Below the pieces are notes generated by a model, which saw only the letters and a program-made list of their open reading frames with translations, made no database searches and had not been told where the DNA came from. The translations under genes and the position numbers were made by a program. Of a DNA stretch of 44,378 nt, positions 19,264-26,472 are shown in pieces. This DNA comes from a bacterium (GTDB lineage Bacteria > Babelota > Babeliae > Babelales > GCA-2401785). Location of the stretch: NCBI GenBank assembly GCA_018656485.1, contig JABIAA010000050.1:1-44378 (forward strand), written 5' to 3'. Position 1 is the stretch's first letter; every line of letters starts with the position of its first letter.

Positions 19264-20244
19264 CTAAATTTTTAACGTAAAACTTGAAACGGCCTGCTCA
19301 TATGCTTCTCTCAAACAATCATCAGTCAAAGGCTGCCCACTTTCAATTTTCTGTTTACGAACACCGACAAGCCTTTCGGAAAAAAGAACAAAGTTTGAAA
19401 TCGTAAAAAATGACTGAACGTCACGCGGACCACGGTACAGCGGCCGCTCAGGATCCCACACATCATCAAATTCATCTTCAAATTTCACATTAATAGAATT
19501 TTCTTTGGTGTAATCCCCACTAGCCTTGAAGGCAAGCTCGAAGCTTTCCGCACGCCCATCGAATCTAATAACGGAAGTTTTTCCTGAAACTAACATCGAT
19601 GCAAGCTCATCAATCCTATCAACAAGTTCCGCAATAACCATATATGTTACTGCGCCCCCTCCCGCTTGCGAAGAACGTGGCGTTGCCTCTGCAAAAAAAT
19701 TTGCAAGGCACTCAATAAAATACTTCGCGTCTTTTGCAACAACCTTTTCTTTTCGATAACGCTCAGACCTGAAAGCATCCGGGCTTAGCGCACTTGGATC
19801 GCTTGGAACAAATGTCCTACTGGTAGAGCGATTTCCAGAGTTCAGTGGACTAGCTGTTTCCTCAAATTCTATACAGGCTTCAACAAGTTGTTTTAGCTTT
19901 TCTCGCCCGTTTAAATCTTCAACCTTAGAGCCTTTCACCGCCTTAAGATCATTCTCCATCGACGACCAGTTGTATTGCGGAAAGCTCAAAATCCAATCCA
20001 CAAAAACTTTAACATCTACACCAAAACTACATACGAGATCAGCCTTCGCTTCCTTGCGAATTTTTTCTGTTTTCCCAAGACGAAATCTGCGAACAATCCC
20101 AGACAGTGAGCTTAATTTAACTTTTGCGTTACTTGGAATAACAACGCGAAGAGGCTTGTTGTTTTCTCTATTCCTTCCGGCATTCACATCGAAGGCGCAA
20201 AAAGAAATTGAAAACCAAATGAGAGATAAAATTTTAATTAACAC
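19264..20244 (-). CDS. secreted protein, paralog family C, member 2
   Basis: GTG start at 20244. The signal peptide is MLIKILSLIWFSISFCAFDVNAG. Family motifs FKASGDY and PLYRGP are present. Confidence 0.8.
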   Translation of the reverse strand: MLIKILSLIWFSISFCAFDVNAGRNRENNKPLRVVIPSNAKVKLSSLSGIVRRFRLGKTEKIRKEAKADLVCSFGVDVKVFVDWILSFPQYNWSSMENDLKAVKGSKVEDLNGREKLKQLVEACIEFEETASPLNSGNRSTSRTFVPSDPSALSPDAFRSERYRKEKVVAKDAKYFIECLANFFAEATPRSSQAGGGAVTYMVIAELVDRIDELASMLVSGKTSVIRFDGRAESFELAFKASGDYTKENSINVKFEDEFDDVWDPERPLYRGPRDVQSFFTISNFVLFSERLVGVRKQKIESGQPLTDDCLREAYEQAVSSFTLKI

Positions 20245-20348
20245 AGCAAACCTTTATGAAACCTAATTAAAGTGGTTTCAAAGGTTTACATCGAAAACAA
20301 AATATCGTCAAACAATATTGAGAAAAACATTAAAAATTTATAAAGCTG

Positions 20349-21320
20349 CTACAGCTTGGAAATACAGTTTTGGGAACAATTACAAGTACAGCCATTTTTT
20401 ACAGCGTTCTGCTTTCTAATTCCATCGTATGAAAAACGATAAAAATTGTCCTCTGAGAAAAAACTTTCAGCATCACCTGGGCCACGATACAGCGGAAGAT
20501 TTGGAGAAAAGTTATAGCAACCGCACTCGCCACAAAAAGAAACTCGTATCGATTTTTCAGCGGAATAATCACCAGTCGCGCCAAGACAAAACACAAAAGT
20601 TCTGCCATCATCAACAGGATTTGGCATGGATACCCTTTTCACACCGCCTGAGACAAGCGCATTCGCAATTTCATCAACGAAATTAAACAAGTTCCGAGCT
20701 GCCGCACAATTCTCAGTCTCGAAATCCCCAGACAAATCGACAAAAAATTGCTCTAAACACTTGATAAAGAGCATTACGTCGTCACGGACGACAACTTTTC
20801 TTCTAGAAATCTCTTCTTTTCTTGCTCTATTAATTTTGACAGTTTCAAAATCAAGATAGTCAGGAACTTCTGGAATCCCAGTCGCACGATTTCCCGAATT
20901 CTGTGGACTAGCCTTTTCCTCGAATTCAATTTTGGCGAGAACAATTTGATGAAACTCTTCAACCGGATTATTCTCAGTGCTCATCGCCCAAAGTTCTTTT
21001 TTTATTTGCGACCAATTGTACTGTCCCAAACTCAAAATCCAATCTGTAAAAACTTTAGCGCCACGCTCTCCAAATGAATCAACAAGCTCTCTCTTTGCTC
21101 GTTTCTTTTCATTTACAAAGCCATTACAGAACTCACCAAGGATCGTGGACAGTGAACTCAGTATTATTTTTCCGTTACTTGAAGTTGAAATGCGCGATGG
21201 AGAATGGAACTTAGCCTTTCCCGCCCGAACTACATTATTAGGACCACTTCTTCCGGCATTCACACTGACGGAACAAAAAGAAATTGAAAAACAAATGAGA
21301 GATAAAACTTTAATTAACAC
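20349..21320 (-). CDS. secreted protein, paralog family C, member 3
   Basis: GTG start at 21320. The signal peptide is MLIKVLSLICFSISFCSVSVNAG. Motifs GATGDY and PLYRGP are present. The C-terminus is Cys-rich (NGCTCNCSQNCISKL). Confidence 0.8.
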   Translation of the reverse strand: MLIKVLSLICFSISFCSVSVNAGRSGPNNVVRAGKAKFHSPSRISTSSNGKIILSSLSTILGEFCNGFVNEKKRAKRELVDSFGERGAKVFTDWILSLGQYNWSQIKKELWAMSTENNPVEEFHQIVLAKIEFEEKASPQNSGNRATGIPEVPDYLDFETVKINRARKEEISRRKVVVRDDVMLFIKCLEQFFVDLSGDFETENCAAARNLFNFVDEIANALVSGGVKRVSMPNPVDDGRTFVFCLGATGDYSAEKSIRVSFCGECGCYNFSPNLPLYRGPGDAESFFSEDNFYRFSYDGIRKQNAVKNGCTCNCSQNCISKL

Positions 21321-21435
21321 AGCAAACCTTTATAAAAGCCGGTTAAAGTGGTTTCAAAGGCTTACATCGAAAACAAAATATCGTCAAACAACATTGAAAA
21401 TTATAAAAAATTTACGAGAGAACTTGCTATGGATG

Positions 21436-21503
21436 TAGCCGGCCAGAAGCCCAAAGGGCGAAGAAAGCGAATTTTCATTGGATGTGTTGGTCCAGCCTAC
21501 GCC
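21436..21503. repeat. short dispersed repeat, copy 1 (downstream of the tRNA cluster)
   Basis: It is similar to 21631-21699 (ccggcc..gaagcc...gcgaag.aagcgaattttcattg.a.gt...ggtccag). It contains the 17-mer AGCCCAAAGGGCGAAGA, which also abuts the tRNA-Asp 3' end at 21778-21794. Confidence 0.6.
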
Positions 21504-21630
21504 ATTTAATTATCGCCAAATTTTTTCGAAAAACGATGCAAATTCATGGATCCAGCCAACTGTTCAATCTTGACGGGCTATGGCGGGCAGCCTTCTTTAT
21601 CTAAAAATCTTCTTAGAAAATACCACTACT

Positions 21631-21699
21631 GGCCGTTCCGGCCGAAGCCTTGTGCGAAGTAAGCGAATTTTCATTGAACGTACCGGTCCAGTCTTCGTC
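21631..21699. repeat. short dispersed repeat, copy 2
   Basis: This is an imperfect copy of 21436-21503. Identity appears to be roughly three quarters by eye. Confidence 0.6.
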
Positions 21700-21795
21700 A
21701 AGACTTCGACGGACAGTCTTCTCATTTTGCGAACAATGTTTACTTAAAATTCCACCAAAAGCTGGCGTGCCGGTCGTAGCCCAAAGGGCGAAGAC

Positions 21796-21873
21796 TGGCG
21801 GGGTTGACGGGACTCGAACCCGCGACCTTCCGCGTGACAGGCGGACGCTCTAACCAAACTGAGCTACAACCCC
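21796..21873 (-). tRNA. tRNA-Asp (GTC), CCA encoded
   Basis: The reverse complement folds as a cloverleaf. The acceptor is GGGGTTG/CAACCCC, the anticodon arm is TCCGC-CTGTCAC-GCGGA, the T-loop is TTCGAGT and the 3' end is GCCA. Confidence 0.9.
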
Positions 21874-21924
21874 AAAGACGGTATGCTGCAGTCAAAATCT
21901 GACTTGCATACCCCGAAGGGAAAA

Positions 21925-22000
21925 TGGCTCCCTGGGCGGGACTCGAACCTGCGACCTAACGATTAACAGTCGTGTGCTCTACCAACTGAGCTACCAGGGA
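21925..22000 (-). tRNA. tRNA-Asn (GTT), CCA encoded
   Basis: The acceptor is TCCCTGG/CCAGGGA, the anticodon loop is CTGTTAA, the T-loop is TTCGAGT and the 3' end is GCCA. Confidence 0.9.
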
Positions 22001-22067
22001 ACAAAAATTTCAAAATCCGTGCGGACTTATGGCTGTGCCGGCCGTAGCTCACTTTGTGAGCGAAGGC

Positions 22068-22144
22068 TGGTGGGCGAAACAGGATTCGAACCTGGGACCC
22101 CCTGCTTGTAAGGCAGGGGCTCTAACCAGCTGAGCTATTCGCCC
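22068..22144 (-). tRNA. tRNA-Val (TAC), CCA encoded
   Basis: The acceptor is GGGCGAA/TTCGCCC, the anticodon arm is CCTGC-CTTACAA-GCAGG, the T-loop is TTCGAAT and the 3' end is ACCA. Confidence 0.9.
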
Positions 22145-22273
22145 CTACACGGACGACATACGAATAAATCGGTTCGACACCAACGATTCGCCGCCCACAC
22201 AAACAAAAGGGTAGATAATTCCCCAATCTAAGTCAAAGGCTTTTTGCGCAACACAGGCAATTATAATAATTTA

Positions 22274-23251
22274 TTACTCCTGCGACTCGTCGCCAGACCC
22301 TTTCTCCGGGCTAAGTGCAGCACAAGCAGTTGCAAAAAATTCATCAACTGACTTCGCTGCCAGCAAAATATGCCACCGGACAACAGCAGCAATTGCTCCC
22401 CCGGCTTGCCCAGTCCAAAAGCATCTTGTATCAACAAGCATCTTTATCATGTGTTTGAACGATATCCGGGCTTTATCAACTCCATCCGAGTCCTCTGGAA
22501 GAGCGCGCAGGGCATTGACTATCGCAAGCAATCGGCGCAAACGCGCAACTTCCTGCTCATCAAATTTTGCCATCGCAAAACTAGAAACCTTTGCCGCATC
22601 GTCCATAGTAACAGGAAACTTATTCTCGAGATATGAATCAGCAGCCTCGGTCGCTTGCGTAAACTTGTCCGAATTGAAACCAATATTGCGGGCGAATTTC
22701 ATCAAAGGCCAATACGCAAAAGCCGCTTTGATCTCCTCATCCGAAGCACCTGCTTCCCCAAGCGCACGATATAATTTTTTAAAGGCCCTTGTGCCCGATG
22801 TCAAATCCCGAAGCACCATATAAGAACAAAAAAACATCACCGACGATGCAAGACCAAAACTTACTGGAATGCCCCATGGTACCGCAGTGCCTCTTTTTTT
22901 TGCGGATAGAACATATGCAGCAGATAAAGTGGCTATTCCCATAACCCCACAGAACAACGGTACATAAAAAACTTCTTTCACTGCTTTCGCCACAGAAATA
23001 TTTTCAAGGTTTTCGCAACCCAAATGCATAAACCAAAGTTCTGCGAAATCGGCAAAATTGGAAACCAGCTTGTCACGCTGCTCAGTTTCAAGATCACTCC
23101 CCCAAGAAAACGGTAAAAACTTTTCCGTTGCACCTGAGCCAAAACCATCTGCCAAAATGTCAGGACTCAATGCATTGGACTCCGAATAAAGCCCGGAGCT
23201 CCCAGCACAAACACAGCACAGCAAAGCCGCTACCAGTCGCCTATTTACCAT
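22274..23251 (-). CDS. secreted/membrane protein with a paired hydrophobic hairpin
   Basis: ATG at 23251 lies 7 nt after GGAAGGAG. The signal-like N-terminus is MVNRRLVAALLCCVCAGSSG. Two TM segments (VFYVPLFCGVMGIATLSAAYVL and IPVSFGLASSVMFFCSYMVL) are separated by 12 aa. The longer ORF to 23401 would run through the rlmB promoter. Confidence 0.7.
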   Translation of the reverse strand: MVNRRLVAALLCCVCAGSSGLYSESNALSPDILADGFGSGATEKFLPFSWGSDLETEQRDKLVSNFADFAELWFMHLGCENLENISVAKAVKEVFYVPLFCGVMGIATLSAAYVLSAKKRGTAVPWGIPVSFGLASSVMFFCSYMVLRDLTSGTRAFKKLYRALGEAGASDEEIKAAFAYWPLMKFARNIGFNSDKFTQATEAADSYLENKFPVTMDDAAKVSSFAMAKFDEQEVARLRRLLAIVNALRALPEDSDGVDKARISFKHMIKMLVDTRCFWTGQAGGAIAAVVRWHILLAAKSVDEFFATACAALSPEKGSGDESQE

Positions 23252-23365
23252 CTTCTCACTCCTTCCCAAAGAATCAATGCCGCATGCGATTTTATCACCG
23301 AGGACAAGAAAGTCCAGGAGGGAGCGGTACAAAACCGCATGTTTTCGGAAACCTTTCGTACAAAT

Positions 23366-23393
23366 TTGATATCCACCGATCGCGTGGTACAAT
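23366..23393 (+). promoter_or_regulatory. sigma70-like promoter (TTGATA, 16 nt spacer, TGgTACAAT)
   Basis: The -35 element TTGATA is at 23366-23371. The extended -10 element TGGTACAAT ends at 23393. It lies just upstream of the rlmB-like gene. Confidence 0.5.
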
Positions 23394-23423
23394 GTGGCCA
23401 ATGGTAAGTTTAATCCTATCCGA

Positions 23424-24182
23424 ATGGTTCACATGGCACGCGTAAGACGCAAAGTTCGTGAGGGCGAACTCCTGTACGGAGTCAACTCTATCGTCGAAGC
23501 ACTAAAGGCAAAGCGTAGAAAACTCATTTCAATTTACGTCGCGGAAAACGCGGTTAAGCCATTTGATCGGGTTCGGAACCACCTTCCAAAACATGTCAAA
23601 AATGTTCAACGCGTCCCACGAAACATCATCGATCGCATGACTGGATCGAAGGAACACATGGGCGTCGCCGCGTGGTTCTCACCATTTCAATTCAAAAAAA
23701 ACATGTTCGATCCAGCAAAGCACCCACAAATTTTATTCCTCGAGGGGATCCAAGATGTCCGCAACTTGGGAGCAATCCTAAGATCTGCACACTGCACCGG
23801 CATCACAGGCGTAGTCCTTTCACAGTCAAATGCCGCACCACTCAATGCTGCCGCAATAAAATCTTCGGCTGGTCTTTGCGAACATTTGGATGTTCACATT
23901 GCACCGACCTCAGCTTCCGCAATCCACAATATCAGGGCGGCCGGCTACCATCTCTACATGGCCATGCTCGGCAACCATGCCAATGCGGCCGAAGTCGACT
24001 TTTGCCCTCCTGCATGTCTCGTTATTGGCAATGAAGCACAGGGTATCGATAAAAACCTCTCATCATCCGGCACTAAAATTACACTTCCCCAGATAAACCC
24101 GGATGTTTCTTACAATGCCTCCGTCGCCGCAGGGATTCTCATGTTCTTGATGACAAGCAAGTCAAGACAGAACACAAAGTAG
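23424..24182 (+). CDS. rlmB: TrmH/SpoU-family 23S rRNA 2'-O-methyltransferase (RlmB-like)
   Basis: The N-terminal substrate-binding region (LYGVNSIVEAL) and SpoU motifs (LEGIQDVRNLGAILRSA, LVIGNEAQGI, SYNASVAAGILMF) are present. The start is uncertain (GTG 23394, ATG 23424 or ATG 23433). The predicted promoter favours the ATG codons. Confidence 0.8.
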   Translation: MVHMARVRRKVREGELLYGVNSIVEALKAKRRKLISIYVAENAVKPFDRVRNHLPKHVKNVQRVPRNIIDRMTGSKEHMGVAAWFSPFQFKKNMFDPAKHPQILFLEGIQDVRNLGAILRSAHCTGITGVVLSQSNAAPLNAAAIKSSAGLCEHLDVHIAPTSASAIHNIRAAGYHLYMAMLGNHANAAEVDFCPPACLVIGNEAQGIDKNLSSSGTKITLPQINPDVSYNASVAAGILMFLMTSKSRQNTK

Positions 24183-24325
24183 AACGCGAATATTTCTTAC
24201 AATGAGCGCCGAGAATTAGGAAAAACATTGTGACTTTCTAATGAGGTGTTGCATCGCCGCGATTTCTTGTTCTAACGTCTCAGAAGCGTTGGCATGGTTC
24301 AATAAACGTTTTGCGTGGCACAAAC

Positions 24326-25147
24326 ATGAAAATCGGCAATTTGAAAGATAAAATAAAGGTCTTGGCGTGGCGCCGGATCGGCCTAAAAATTATGATCGTC
24401 CCGGCAACAATTGCCACCATCATGGGCACAATTCTTTACATCGTTCCATCAACAGTCAAGGTTGCAGGACATGTAAAAAACACTTTGTTCCAACATTTTC
24501 CCGAAGCAAAAATTTCTTACTCCATTGAATGCCTTTTTTGTGAAAAAACAAAAAATCAAATCGAAGCGTACATACAAAATCAGCATATAAAAAAAGGTGA
24601 CGGGGATGAAACTCCAGAAGGGCTCAGTGAAGCAAACGAAAAGATGCGTGAAAAATTTCCAATCATCGAGGGAATCCTAAGCAGTATTTATCCAAGTGGA
24701 GAAGTCCATCTGAGAATCCGTTGTTCCACTCCCATGATTCTGGTCAACAGAAAATATGTCGTCGATCGCGGCGGAAAAGTTTTTGATCCAAGTGAATTTT
24801 CAGAATTCCCACTTGGCGCACTAAAACAAGTCGCAATCGAAAATTTCGAGAAGGACAATTATCCAAAAGTGTTGGACCAACTCGTAAGAAGAACTCCAGA
24901 GTCAATCTGGCAAAACTACATCGTTCAGTACGAAGCACCATGGAAAATCCACTGCGTCCCCAAAGATCCAGAACTTCGGTACATGGTTAGATGTGACGAC
25001 GAAACTTTGAATGATATAAAGAAGTGGGAAACGCTAGAACGAGCTTACGACAACGCACAAAAAAACATCTCCAAAGAAAAACGCAAACTTGCTCGTGTCG
25101 TTCTGGACATTCGATTCGAAAATCAAATTGTAATCAACACCCAATAA
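24326..25147 (+). CDS. ftsQ: FtsQ-like cell division protein
   Basis: It has a short basic N-terminus, one TM helix (LKIMIVPATIATIMGTILYIV) and a periplasmic domain of about 220 aa, and lies directly upstream of ftsA-ftsZ. The call rests on topology and position, not on a motif. Confidence 0.55.
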   Translation: MKIGNLKDKIKVLAWRRIGLKIMIVPATIATIMGTILYIVPSTVKVAGHVKNTLFQHFPEAKISYSIECLFCEKTKNQIEAYIQNQHIKKGDGDETPEGLSEANEKMREKFPIIEGILSSIYPSGEVHLRIRCSTPMILVNRKYVVDRGGKVFDPSEFSEFPLGALKQVAIENFEKDNYPKVLDQLVRRTPESIWQNYIVQYEAPWKIHCVPKDPELRYMVRCDDETLNDIKKWETLERAYDNAQKNISKEKRKLARVVLDIRFENQIVINTQ

Positions 25148-25165
25148 AAACCGGGGGAGGGAGTT

Positions 25166-26422
25166 ATGGCTTCAATTTTAGGAGGGAAGATCCTAAGTGC
25201 GATAGACATTGGCACAACAAAAATATGCGTGCTGGTGGCACAAATTTCTAAAAACGGAAGTATGGAGATCATCGGATTTGGACAACACCCATCGTATGGC
25301 CTCAAGAAGGGAGTCGTCTCTAATATTTCGTCGGCGGTTAACTCAATAAAAAAAGCATTGGCAAAGGCTGAAAAGTCTGCCGGCTTTGCAATCAAGACCG
25401 CAGTCGTTGGAATATCTGGAAGCCATATCCAATCAATAAACTCGTCAGGAGTTGTTCCAATAAAATATCGCGAGGTAAGTCAAAACGACATCGACCGCGT
25501 GATTGAAGCAGCACGTGCAGTTCCTATTCCAGAAGATCGTGAGATTCTCCACGTCATTCCGCAATACTTTCGCGTTGACGGAGAAGACCGAATCGAAGAT
25601 TCTCTTGGAATGCACGGTGTAAGACTGGAGTCGCAGGTTCACATTGTCACTGGATCTGTCTCATCTGCACAAAACATCATCAAGGCATGTGAACTCGCGG
25701 GCGTAAGCCCGACGGACATCGTCCTCGAACAGATCGCATCAGCGGAAGCCGTGCTCTCATCATCAGAACGCGAACTTGGAGTTGGGATCCTCGATATCGG
25801 GGGCGGAACATCCGACTTTGCGATTTACAAAAGCGGCAAAATTATGCACTCAAAAGTTTTCCCAATCGCCGGAAACCACTTCACCAATGATCTCGCGATT
25901 GGACTTTCCATTCCCGTCGCACACGCAGAAGATGCTAAGAAAAAGTTCGGCTTCGTTGTTGAAGAAAAATATCTCGAGTACGGCAAATCAGAAATGAAAT
26001 TCAAAGACGAAGACGGGAACAACAAAAAGATCGACATCTACAAAATGTATGAAATTCTCAATCCGCGAGCAACGGAAGTTTACGAATTTGTCATCGACGA
26101 CATCCTCGCCTGCTACCTCATGCCAATGCTGCAAGCGGGACTAGTTCTTACCGGAGGAGGATCACTTCTCAACGGGATGAAAGAGCTTGCAATACAGGAG
26201 CTTGGCCTTTCCACAAGAGTGGGAATTCCTAGAAGTATTCAAGACGACAATCAATCGTCAATTATTCCAGACATGCTCAAAAGCCCAATTTACTCGACCG
26301 CGTATGGTACTTTACTTTACGCTGCACGAGGTGGAGACAAGGCCTTTGAGGGGGATCGCGACAAAACACGCTTCTCAAGAATATTCAAAAAGATGAAGAG
26401 CTGGCTGTATGATTTCCTCTGA
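25166..26422 (+). CDS. ftsA: cell division protein FtsA
   Basis: Actin-fold phosphate motifs are present (AIDIGTTKICVLVA, DIGGGTSD, LTGGGSLL). The RBS is GGGGGAGGGAG. Confidence 0.92.
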   Translation: MASILGGKILSAIDIGTTKICVLVAQISKNGSMEIIGFGQHPSYGLKKGVVSNISSAVNSIKKALAKAEKSAGFAIKTAVVGISGSHIQSINSSGVVPIKYREVSQNDIDRVIEAARAVPIPEDREILHVIPQYFRVDGEDRIEDSLGMHGVRLESQVHIVTGSVSSAQNIIKACELAGVSPTDIVLEQIASAEAVLSSSERELGVGILDIGGGTSDFAIYKSGKIMHSKVFPIAGNHFTNDLAIGLSIPVAHAEDAKKKFGFVVEEKYLEYGKSEMKFKDEDGNNKKIDIYKMYEILNPRATEVYEFVIDDILACYLMPMLQAGLVLTGGGSLLNGMKELAIQELGLSTRVGIPRSIQDDNQSSIIPDMLKSPIYSTAYGTLLYAARGGDKAFEGDRDKTRFSRIFKKMKSWLYDFL

Positions 26423-26472
26423 GTTTAGGCAAAAAAACTGACTTTACGGTCAGCAAATTTAGAAGGAATATC

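Noticed and set aside
18339-21320. A diversity-generating retroelement or invertase-driven switching as the cause of the variable C-termini of family C.
   Set aside because: The window contains no reverse transcriptase, no template-repeat/variable-repeat pair with adenine-specific differences, no recombinase and no flanking inverted repeats.
21650-21853. A 67-aa ORF in the tRNA-flanking region.
   Set aside because: It runs into tRNA-Asp on the opposite strand and across the dispersed repeat. It has no RBS.
22274-23401. The full 375-aa version of the ORF, starting at 23401.
   Set aside because: The extra 50 codons lack an RBS, overlap the predicted rlmB promoter and start, and precede a much better start (GGAAGGAG, 7 nt, then ATG at 23251) that yields a signal peptide.
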